This document shows, one piece after another, positions 25,579 to 33,361 of a stretch of 64,000 nt of DNA. The notes beneath the pieces were generated by a model that worked only from the letters and a program-made list of their open reading frames with translations, made no database searches and had not been told where the DNA came from. A program made the position numbers and the translations under genes. How positions within the stretch are numbered: position 1 is the first letter of the stretch; every line of letters begins with the position of its first letter. This DNA is from Candidatus Nanoarchaeia archaeon. Its GTDB lineage: Archaea; Nanobdellota; Nanobdellia; Woesearchaeales; DATDTY01. Location of the stretch: contig DATDTY010000033.1 in the NCBI GenBank assembly GCA_035290625.1, forward strand, positions 20,482 through 84,481, in the 5' to 3' direction.

Positions 25579-27966
25579 CTATATCTCCACTGAGATTTCG
25601 CCCTCGTTTATATCCTTTACGTTGTGCATCACTTTGAGGTCTTCCTTAATGCTTTCCAGAGATTTCGGAATGGTAAGCCTTGCGACCTCTGCTTTGAGGC
25701 TGACTCCTGCATCCTTCTTCGCTTTCCAAACCATGCTGTTCACTCTTGTGATGTCCTCTGTCTTGAGCTCGGTTTGGGTCTCCTTTGCTATTTCCGGAAA
25801 TGCTTCTTTATGGATGTCTTTTCCCTCAAGAACCTCATAGATTTTGGCAGTGACCATAGGGATCACAGGGGCCCAAAGCTTCAGGAGTATGCCCAGGCAG
25901 GTGTGAAGTGCGGACAAAGCTCCGTTCTGCTCCTCTCCGGAATAGCCGCCTTCCTGGTTATAGGCCCGGTTCTTCACCATCTCAAGATAATGGGATGCGA
26001 ATGTCTCCCAGAGAAAGTGTTTGATCTTTATTGAAGGGTTGTGGAAATCATAATCTTCATAGCTCTTTCTTGTTTCTTTTGCAAGCAGCTGAATCTCCTG
26101 CAGAATCCATCTGTCCACCTCTCTCAGATTTACCCTGCCTTCAGGCTTTGGGAACATCGAGATAAATCGCGCCACATTCCAAAGCTTTGTTACTGTCTTT
26201 CCTGCCCCTTCAATGCGGTCAAAGCTGCAGCGGAAGTCTGTCTGCTCAAGGTTTCCTTCAATCGTTGCCCACATCCTGAATGCCTCTGCGCCATACCTGT
26301 CAAGGACGTCTTTTGGGTCGATAACATTTCCCTTGCTCTTGCTCATCTTATATCCTTTCTCATCAACAATGTGGTAGTTGATCCACACCTCCTTGAAAAT
26401 ACAGGTTCCTGTCAAGAGGTAATCTTTCAGCAGGGTATAGTAGAGCCATGTCCGTACAATCTCCTTGCCCTGCGGCCTGAGCGAGCAGGGATGGTGTTCT
26501 GAAAAAAACTTCTGGTTCCGTCCGTATCCCAAGATGTAGAGGGGCGTTATCGAGGAATCAAACCAGGTATCAAACACCCGTGTTTCACCTACGAATTCTT
26601 TATTGCCGCATTGGGGGCATTCCTTTACTGGAGGCTTTTGCTTCCACGGCGTGTAGTATCTGCCTTTGGGAGGAACAAACGGCATGCTGCACTTTTTGCA
26701 ATACCACAAAGGAACTTCAGTTGCATAGAACCTTCTCCGGGAGATCGGCCAGTCAATCGAGACAGTGTTAATCCAGTCAATGAGGATCTGCCTGCTTTGG
26801 GGGCTGTAGAACTTGAGTTTTGCTGCAAGCTTCAGCATCTCTTTCTTATACGAAACCTGCTTCAGATACAGCTCAGACATCGCTATGAACTCTATAGGAT
26901 CTTTCGAACGCTCGCAGATAGGAGTTCTATGCTCCTGGGTTGGAACAGCTCTCACAAGCAGGCCTTCCTCCCTGAGTCTTTCCACTATTCTTTTCCTGGC
27001 CTCTTTTACAGGAATTCCGCTCAGGAATCCTGCATGCTCGTTCATCTTCCCGCTCCTGTCAATCGCAATCGTGGGTGTGAGCTGGTTGTCCCTGAAAAAT
27101 CTAATATCCGTGAGGTCGCCAAAGGAGCACATCATGACCAGGCCAGTTCCCTTTCCCATTTGCGCTGACGGGTCAGCTTTAATAGGAACCTCTTTGTCAT
27201 AGAATGGGGCAACTGCAGTCTTCCCTTCGAGTTTTTTGTACCCCTTGTCCTGGGGATTGAAGACTACCATGCCGACCGAGCAGATCAGCTCAGGCCGCGT
27301 TGTCCCGATGATGAGGTCTTCTCCTGTCTCTTTGCAACGGAACTTGATCTCATAGAAGTTTCCCGGAATGTTCTCATATATCACCTCTGCGTCTGCAAGC
27401 GTTGTCTGGCAGCCTGGGCAATAGTTATTGACGCGCTCAGCCTCATAGACTAGGCCCTTATTCCAGAGATCAATGAAAGTCTCCTGGGTCAGCTGGCGGT
27501 ACTCCGGAGAGTCTGTTTCATAGACCTCTCCGATTTCTGCTCCTTTCTTCCAGGAATTGAAACTTATGCCGCAGCGAAGGAAGGATTCAACAGAAGCAAG
27601 AGAGGCTTCTTCAAGGATTTTTTCACAGTACTGGATTGCCTTCTCACGGGAAAGGTCTGTTAGTTTTACCTTAAAGCGCTTCTCGGCAGCCATCTCGATC
27701 GGGAGGCCGTTTCTGTCAAGGCCAAGAGGAAAAAGGACGCTCGAGCCAGCCATCCTTTTGAAGCGGGCAAACATGTCCATCAGCACATAGGTAGTTACCT
27801 GGCCGATGTGGACCGGAGTGTTTACATAGGGAGGGGGTGTATCAATCGAGAAGACGTTTTTTCCTTTGGTTTCCTTAAACACATAAGCATTTTCCCTTTT
27901 CCATCGCTCATAGATCGGCTTCTCGAGTTCCTTGGACCAGGTTTTCTCTTTGAGCTTTGGCTCCAT
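25579..27966 (-). CDS. valS: Valyl-tRNA synthetase (795 aa)
   Basis: SIDTPPPYVNTPVHIGQ (ValRS-type N-terminus; the HIGH motif reads HIGQ). FPLGLDRNGLP. KMSKSKGN. TGLVMMC editing-domain signature. Confidence 0.75.
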   Translation of the reverse strand: MEPKLKEKTWSKELEKPIYERWKRENAYVFKETKGKNVFSIDTPPPYVNTPVHIGQVTTYVLMDMFARFKRMAGSSVLFPLGLDRNGLPIEMAAEKRFKVKLTDLSREKAIQYCEKILEEASLASVESFLRCGISFNSWKKGAEIGEVYETDSPEYRQLTQETFIDLWNKGLVYEAERVNNYCPGCQTTLADAEVIYENIPGNFYEIKFRCKETGEDLIIGTTRPELICSVGMVVFNPQDKGYKKLEGKTAVAPFYDKEVPIKADPSAQMGKGTGLVMMCSFGDLTDIRFFRDNQLTPTIAIDRSGKMNEHAGFLSGIPVKEARKRIVERLREEGLLVRAVPTQEHRTPICERSKDPIEFIAMSELYLKQVSYKKEMLKLAAKLKFYSPQSRQILIDWINTVSIDWPISRRRFYATEVPLWYCKKCSMPFVPPKGRYYTPWKQKPPVKECPQCGNKEFVGETRVFDTWFDSSITPLYILGYGRNQKFFSEHHPCSLRPQGKEIVRTWLYYTLLKDYLLTGTCIFKEVWINYHIVDEKGYKMSKSKGNVIDPKDVLDRYGAEAFRMWATIEGNLEQTDFRCSFDRIEGAGKTVTKLWNVARFISMFPKPEGRVNLREVDRWILQEIQLLAKETRKSYEDYDFHNPSIKIKHFLWETFASHYLEMVKNRAYNQEGGYSGEEQNGALSALHTCLGILLKLWAPVIPMVTAKIYEVLEGKDIHKEAFPEIAKETQTELKTEDITRVNSMVWKAKKDAGVSLKAEVARLTIPKSLESIKEDLKVMHNVKDINEGEISVEI

Positions 27967-28107
27967 TTAAGAGATTATTAGGGGGGATTTTTTAAATGTA
28001 TGGGCTTGTGAGATTGCAGAACCCGGATAGACGAATGAAGGAATACAGCGTACATACTAGTCTTATCTCTTCTAACCTCTCTGGATTTACATACTCCTCT
28101 ATCCCAC

Positions 28108-28938
28108 TCAATTCAACTTTGCCCCACAAAGCAGCAGGTAATCGGACAGTATTGCACCTATCATTGTCCCTTCATTTCCTTTTACTAAGCTCTGCGAATA
28201 TAGCCCCGCGATGTGTTTGCAAAAGAGCCTATCAAGATATTCTGCTGGGCTTAACTGGCTTAACCGCCTTTCGATTTCTCTCTTACTGGTACAACGGAAT
28301 TCAGCTGCCCTTGATAGAACCTCATTGGTGCGTAAAATGTCAAATAAACCATCTTCTAGAGTCTGGTGTCCCATGCCCCAGGCAATAGGAAGGTCATATC
28401 TGCCAAAGTCCTCTCCCACCCAGCACCAGTACTCCAGCCGAGTGCCATCCTTAAATCTATCTAACTCGGCTGATATCAGATTAAATGCCCTGTAAGATTC
28501 CGGATTTTGTTGCTGTTTCTGCGTAAATGAAACTATACACCTATTAAAAGATAAGGCTATTCTAGATAGAGGAGATTTGATTTCCTGTTTCCAACCATCT
28601 TCTGCGTAATAAGCGCCCTTTTCGCCCAGCTTCTCCACCAAATTGTTGCATCGCTTTATTTCGGTTTCCGTTATTGTATGCGTTTTTTTGTTGCTTACAT
28701 CGCCATCTCTACTAAAATCAAGAACGCTAATCAAATTAACTTCGTCATATCCCTCACGGTCTAATTGGATGTTGTTGTTTTCATGAGAATAATTAAACAC
28801 CAAGTCAGAGCATGGAACTCCAATCTCTCTCAACTTTGCGTGTGCATATTTTATCCAATGGGTGCTGTCCATACTTAGAAGCGAATCCCTTTTTGGATTT
28901 AAACCTATCCTCTGGACTGCGCCCCCATTAGTTCTCAA
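28108..28938 (-). CDS. Hypothetical protein in a low-GC patch. Possible PD-(D/E)xK nuclease fold (ISVLDFSRDGD ... ITETEIK).
   Basis: ORF. Local GC is lower than that of the flanking valS and rpoN. hhhD ... ExK pattern noted but weak. Confidence 0.35.
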   Translation of the reverse strand: MRTNGGAVQRIGLNPKRDSLLSMDSTHWIKYAHAKLREIGVPCSDLVFNYSHENNNIQLDREGYDEVNLISVLDFSRDGDVSNKKTHTITETEIKRCNNLVEKLGEKGAYYAEDGWKQEIKSPLSRIALSFNRCIVSFTQKQQQNPESYRAFNLISAELDRFKDGTRLEYWCWVGEDFGRYDLPIAWGMGHQTLEDGLFDILRTNEVLSRAAEFRCTSKREIERRLSQLSPAEYLDRLFCKHIAGLYSQSLVKGNEGTMIGAILSDYLLLCGAKLN

Positions 28939-28974
28939 ATAGTTAAGTTTTAGAATTGATGCGTGCCAAACCTC

Positions 28975-29172
28975 TTAAAACTTCTTAAACTGCCCCGTCA
29001 CATCAATCAGGTCAACGTGGCCGAGGAACATTGCACGGCAGCAGTAGCGCTCAAGCCCGAGGTCGTCGAGAATCTTCTTCCTGTTGTCTCCCTTATTGGT
29101 TCGCTCCCTAAACTCCTCATAGAGGTGAGCGATGGGTTTTCCGCAACTAAAGCATCGTATCGGGATTATCAT
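28975..29172 (-). CDS. rpoN: DNA-directed RNA polymerase subunit N (Rpb10 homolog), 65 aa. The ORF-track entry 28975..29349 over-extends the N-terminus.
   Basis: MIIPIRCFSCGKPI ... LGLERYCCRAMFLGHVDLID is a classic RpoN sequence. Confidence 0.85.
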   Translation of the reverse strand: MIIPIRCFSCGKPIAHLYEEFRERTNKGDNRKKILDDLGLERYCCRAMFLGHVDLIDVTGQFKKF

Positions 29173-29206
29173 TCTTCCACCTTTGCCATTCTCTTTCTTT
29201 TCATCT

Positions 29207-29602
29207 TTAACGATATGATTTCTGCCGCTTTGCCCTTGCCTGGCCATGCCTGTTTGGCTTTGACATCTCTCTTCTTCGGACATCTGCAACAAGCAAGTGC
29301 CTGTCGTAGTCGAGGAAGGTCTTCTCAAGCTTCTTGTCCACCTGGACAAGAATGCGGGCGATTGCGAGGCGGGATGCCTCTGCCTGCCCCATAAACCCCC
29401 CTCCTCTCACAGAAACCTCAATGTTCACTTTCTTTGCAGAATCGCCTGCAAGCATGAGCGGCTCCTGGATCTTCAGGCGAAGCATCTCGGGCTCTACAGA
29501 CTGAACCAGCCTCTTGTTGATCATCACCAGGCCCTTGCCTGGCCATGCGGTTGCCCGGGCAATCGCAGACTTCCGCTTTCCTGATGACTGTATGGTTTTC
29601 AT
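29207..29602 (-). CDS. rps9: 30S ribosomal protein S9 (uS9); start at MKTIQSSGKRK
   Basis: GKRKSAIARA ... GGGFMGQAEA ... PNRHGQARAKRQKSYR. Confidence 0.85.
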   Translation of the reverse strand: MKTIQSSGKRKSAIARATAWPGKGLVMINKRLVQSVEPEMLRLKIQEPLMLAGDSAKKVNIEVSVRGGGFMGQAEASRLAIARILVQVDKKLEKTFLDYDRHLLVADVRRREMSKPNRHGQARAKRQKSYR

Positions 29603-30009
29603 CGTTCCTTTAACCTGCTGCATACTTCCTGTATCGTGATATACTTCAAGCTTCCTGTTTTTGAGACGTGGGCTTCCTTGACAGATTCCGGCTTGCCCTT
29701 CAGTTCTGCCGGGATACCCTGGTAGCACGTAATCCTCTCCAAGACAGCCTTCCCCTTATCCTGCTTATACGGGAGCATGCCCCGGATCGTCTTCTTAAAG
29801 AGCATCTCAGGCCTTGTTTTGAGGAATGGGCCTTTCCTGCTGACTCCCATCTTCATCTTTCTGAAGTAGCGCGATAGGACGTCTTCCCTGCTTCCGGTAA
29901 TGACTGCTTTTTCGCAGTTTACAATCTCGATCTTTTCTCCCCTCTTTGCTTGATGTGCTGCAAATGCAGCAATCCTTCCAAGAACCCCATCTGTTGCGTC
30001 GATAATCAT
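29599..30009 (-). CDS. rpl13: 50S ribosomal protein L13 (uL13)
   Basis: MIIDATDGVLGRIA ... N-terminus typical of uL13. Confidence 0.85.
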   Translation of the reverse strand: MIIDATDGVLGRIAAFAAHQAKRGEKIEIVNCEKAVITGSREDVLSRYFRKMKMGVSRKGPFLKTRPEMLFKKTIRGMLPYKQDKGKAVLERITCYQGIPAELKGKPESVKEAHVSKTGSLKYITIQEVCSRLKER

Positions 30010-30013
30010 GGAA

Positions 30014-30361
30014 TCACCCTATAATCCGTATGCGCCTCCCTTTGATTGGCTCCTTCATCAAGGCCTGGATTGAGATGGCCTTCGCGTTTGCTTCGGATAT
30101 CTTTCTCAGCGCGCCTTCTGAGAACCTCCATGCAGCTATGGTCATCTTATGATTCAGCGGGCCTGTCCCAAGGACTTTTCCCGGAACAACGACCGTATCA
30201 TCCTCGGCAGTGTACTTATTTAGACGAGACAGATTCACGATCCTCCCCCTTCTCGTTGATTTGTCCAGGTCTTCGGCAATTCTTCTCCAGAGAGGGGCTT
30301 CCCTGCCCAGCTTCCTGAGTTCACTTATCAGGCTTTCGAGATTTGGGTTTGTTTTAGCCAT
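30014..30361 (-). CDS. rpl18e: 50S ribosomal protein L18e (eL18); start at MAKTNPNL
   Basis: Archaeal L18e pattern. Position in the conserved cluster. Confidence 0.75.
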   Translation of the reverse strand: MAKTNPNLESLISELRKLGREAPLWRRIAEDLDKSTRRGRIVNLSRLNKYTAEDDTVVVPGKVLGTGPLNHKMTIAAWRFSEGALRKISEANAKAISIQALMKEPIKGRRIRIIG

Positions 30362-30498
30362 GATGTATGCGGGAGACAGGCAGCGCAACTCACTTCGCTC
30401 GTTGCTGGTCTGTCTTCCTCGCTCATTTCATTCACTGCGGGAGACAGGCAGCGGAATTCGCTGCGCTCATTCCTGGTCTGTCTCCCTTGTCTTTTGAC
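30357..30498. repeat. Two tandem tRNA minihelix-like units (about 70 nt each). Each ends, in tRNA sense, with the 13-nt tRNA-Leu 3' end CCUGUCUCCCGCA. The first overlaps the L18e start codon.
   Basis: tgcgggagacagg occurs three times in direct orientation (30357, 30431, 30499). Units are about 90% identical to 11008..11075. Hairpin arms gggagacaggc / gtctgtcttcc. Confidence 0.55.
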
Positions 30499-30582
30499 TG
30501 CGGGAGACAGGATTCGAACCTGCGTAGGCACTAAGCCACATGGTCCTTAGCCATGCCCGTTTGACCGCTCCGGCACTCCCGC
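30499..30582 (-). tRNA. tRNA-Leu, class II, anticodon read as AAG (loop CUAAGGA), 84 nt, no intron
   Basis: Acceptor GCGGGAG/CUCCCGC. D arm CCG-GAGCGGUCAAA-CGG. Anticodon stem CAUGG/CCAUG. Variable arm UGGCUUAGUGCCUAC. T arm GCAGG-UUCGAAU-CCUGU. Discriminator A. Confidence 0.75.
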
Positions 30583-30593
30583 AAACCGGACTG

Positions 30594-31367
30594 TCACTTT
30601 TTTAGGAGATCTTTCACTTCCTCTGCATTTTTCTGTATGATGCCGAGCGCGGCGTCAACCATTTCCTGAATCGTCAGCTGCCCGAATGGCTCTATAATCA
30701 TCACAATCTCGTTCTTATCTTCTCCGAAAACGATGTGCTTGTCGCTGTAGCTCGGATTGCAGGCATGGCACATGACGAGTTTTTCTTTGTTGACCGTCGC
30801 AGAGCTCTCTTTGATGTCAAAAATATCAAGCGGGAAACTCTTTGCGTATTCTGCATCTATCTTTCCGTTGACCTCTACTGTGGGCCGATACCTGTAGGTC
30901 ACATGCCCGGGAGACCACTTCGCGTGGATTTTTCCAGAGCCGAGCGTTGCAGTTCCCTCAACCTCAATCTCCTGGCCCTTGAGAAGCTTCACGATCGGGG
31001 TGTTTGGGAAGACTGGCCTGATTTTTGGATCTTTGAATTTCATCTCGCTCGCCATCACTACGCTCGGGCCTTTTCCAGACAGCGCCATCTTGACCTCGCA
31101 TCTGGCGCACCCTTTGCCGCCGCATTTGCACTCTTCCCTCTTGTTGTAGGTCTTCAGGTCGGATTTCAGCACAACCAATCCCAGTCGGTGGGCAATCATC
31201 TCGTCGAACAGTATGGAGCTGTTTTTTCTGAATTCAACGTCTTCCACTGCAAGTGTCGGCACTTCCATCATAGTATACCTTCGAATCATATTTGCAACTG
31301 CTGGAGTGATCCCATGCAGCAGCAGGACTGCCTTATCTTTCTCGCTCTTGAATACTTTGGCATCCAT
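30594..31367 (-). CDS. rpoD: DNA-directed RNA polymerase subunit D (Rpb3 homolog); start at MDAKVFK
   Basis: Archaeal RpoD pattern including the Cys-rich insert CKCGGKGCARC. Confidence 0.8.
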   Translation of the reverse strand: MDAKVFKSEKDKAVLLLHGITPAVANMIRRYTMMEVPTLAVEDVEFRKNSSILFDEMIAHRLGLVVLKSDLKTYNKREECKCGGKGCARCEVKMALSGKGPSVVMASEMKFKDPKIRPVFPNTPIVKLLKGQEIEVEGTATLGSGKIHAKWSPGHVTYRYRPTVEVNGKIDAEYAKSFPLDIFDIKESSATVNKEKLVMCHACNPSYSDKHIVFGEDKNEIVMIIEPFGQLTIQEMVDAALGIIQKNAEEVKDLLKK

Positions 31368-31369
31368 GG

Positions 31370-31768
31370 TTACACCCGCCTTCCGCGTTTTCCTCCTTTC
31401 TTCCTGCACCCATCATGAGGGATTGGCGTGACATCTTCTATAACTCCTATCCTCAGCCCCATGCGTGACAATGCGCGAACCGCAGCCTGCGCACCCGGGC
31501 CTGGATTTGTAGGCCCATTGTGGCCTCCTGGCGCCCTGATCTTCACATGGATCCCCGTTATGCCCTTTTCAATTGCAGTCTCTGCAGCCTTCTTCGCAGC
31601 AATCATCGCTGCTGTTGGCGAGCTTTCCAGGCGGTCAGACTTCACAACCATACCTCCTGATGTTCGGGCAATGGTTTCTGTTCCAGTAATGTCCGTAATA
31701 TGGATAATCGTATTGTTATAGGAGGAATAAATGTGCACCACACCCCACCGCGTCTTTTCGTCCCTCAT
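31370..31768 (-). CDS. rps11: 30S ribosomal protein S11 (uS11)
   Basis: [18 protein letters not shown] ... pattern. Confidence 0.85.
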   Translation of the reverse strand: MRDEKTRWGVVHIYSSYNNTIIHITDITGTETIARTSGGMVVKSDRLESSPTAAMIAAKKAAETAIEKGITGIHVKIRAPGGHNGPTNPGPGAQAAVRALSRMGLRIGVIEDVTPIPHDGCRKKGGKRGRRV

Positions 31769-32319
31769 TTCTTCTCAACCTGGCTTTCAACAGCTTTCTT
31801 TTTTTCAGCAACTTGCCTTTCTGGGTGATCCTCTTTTGCCAGAGCTGAGTTCCCATAAAAGCCAATGTGCGGCTCCTCTTCTAATGGCACAAGATACGAA
31901 GGCGAGGTTACCCTCTTCCCATTCACCAACACGTGCCTGTGCACTATGAACTGGCGAGCCTGGTCAATTGTCCTTGCCAGACCTTTTCTGACAAGCAGGG
32001 TTTGGACCCTTCGTTCCATCACATCCTTCAATGACAATCCCAGAATATCATCAACCTGACCCCCTTTTTTCAGCAGCCCATACCGCTGCAACCGATTTAT
32101 CATAGCAGTCCTTTCCTTTACCTGCTGCTTTTTCTCTCCGGAAGAGACACGCTTTGCATTATGCTTGAACCTCTGCAGAAAGGCAGCCATCCTCCAGAGC
32201 TCTTTCTTGTTCTTGAGCCCATATTCCCTCTTGATTGCGTGTTCTTCCTCTATCCGCTCTGCCTGCCATGGCCTTAACGGCCTCTGGTACTTCTTGCGTG
32301 ATTTTTTTGTATCGCCCAT
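31765..32319 (-). CDS. rps4: 30S ribosomal protein S4 (uS4)
   Basis: [11 protein letters not shown] ... S4 domain [16 protein letters not shown]. Confidence 0.85.
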   Translation of the reverse strand: MGDTKKSRKKYQRPLRPWQAERIEEEHAIKREYGLKNKKELWRMAAFLQRFKHNAKRVSSGEKKQQVKERTAMINRLQRYGLLKKGGQVDDILGLSLKDVMERRVQTLLVRKGLARTIDQARQFIVHRHVLVNGKRVTSPSYLVPLEEEPHIGFYGNSALAKEDHPERQVAEKKKAVESQVEKK

Positions 32320-32793
32320 CTACTTCCCTTCCTTGGCTCCCTGCCGCCTCTTGACGCCCAGACCGGCCTTTCCTTTGTTCTTTCTGAAATTTGCTTTGGT
32401 GCGCTGGCCCCGTGTAGGAAGACCGTAGATATGACGGACACCCCTGTACGCCTTAATCTTTTTCAGGCGCTTGATGTCATTATCTTTTGCGAAGTCCAGC
32501 TCTGACAGGACGAGATGCCTATCTGCCCCTGTCTCATAATCTTTTCTTCTGTTAAAAAGCCAGCTTGGAAGCTTTACTGCTGCAGGATCCTTCACTGCAG
32601 CCTCCAGTTTTTTAACCTGCTCTTCAGTCAGGTCCACCCCCTTTGTTCGGTGGTCAATCTTCAGGCAGTTGCAGATTGCATTCGCAGCCATAAACCCTAT
32701 ACCTTTTATCTCCCTCAGGGCATAGACTACCTGTTTCTCACCGTCAAGATCGGTGTTGGCAATACGGATAATCTGCTGGAACTCTTTCTTCAT
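32320..32793 (-). CDS. rps13: 30S ribosomal protein S13 (uS13); start at MKKEFQQI
   Basis: IRIANTDLDGEK ... GVRHIYGLPTRGQRTK. Confidence 0.85.
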   Translation of the reverse strand: MKKEFQQIIRIANTDLDGEKQVVYALREIKGIGFMAANAICNCLKIDHRTKGVDLTEEQVKKLEAAVKDPAAVKLPSWLFNRRKDYETGADRHLVLSELDFAKDNDIKRLKKIKAYRGVRHIYGLPTRGQRTKANFRKNKGKAGLGVKRRQGAKEGK

Positions 32794-33190
32794 AGTATTG
32801 CCCAAGAAAACGTTGTCAGTTAGCCCTGACATCGCTCATTCGAACTCGGGCTTTACGAGTAGGAATAGGGAGCGATTTATAAAGGTTGTGGAGCGGATTT
32901 GATATTTTTGATTGGAGAATTAACCCAACGCTTTCCGCAAGCTTCGCAAAACCATCTTTGCTTATCACAAAGCAAGGTTTTTCTCACACTGTCTTTTCTT
33001 ATTCTGTTGCTATTGCAAACTGGACAGTTTGGTCGTTGTTCGTCTTGATTTTCCATCGTTATTACCTTAGCTCTTACTCATATAAGTATAACTTTAGAAA
33101 GGCTATTTTATATATAAATCTTGTCGTTTCTTACTTTACAAAGTATATTATTAAGACACTTTAAATATCAGTTATGATTAATAGGTTTTT

Positions 33191-33358
33191 ATGGGGGAAA
33201 TAAAGATAGTTGTTGACGGATACAAGTGTGAACGTTGTAAACATGAATGGATACCTCGTTCAAGAAAGAAACTTAATCCCATAATCTGTCCTTCTTGCAA
33301 AAGCCCATATTGGAATATTCCTAAGAAGCGGAAAACAAAAAAAGCATCTAAAGGTTGA
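33191..33358 (+). CDS. Small zinc-ribbon protein (55 aa; CERC ... x17 ... CPSC) immediately upstream of the RM gene. Not in the ORF track.
   Basis: ATG..TGA ORF read manually: MGEIKIVVDGYKCERCKHEWIPRSRKKLNPIICPSCKSPYWNIPKKRKTKKASKG. Confidence 0.45.
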   Translation: MGEIKIVVDGYKCERCKHEWIPRSRKKLNPIICPSCKSPYWNIPKKRKTKKASKG

Positions 33359-33361
33359 AAA

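Noticed and set aside
30357-30500. Possible CRISPR array (direct repeats gggagacagg... about 70 bp apart)
   Set aside because: Only 3 repeats. The repeat is the 3' end of the adjacent tRNA-Leu and the 'spacers' are themselves conserved between the two tRNA loci. There are no cas genes, so this is not CRISPR.
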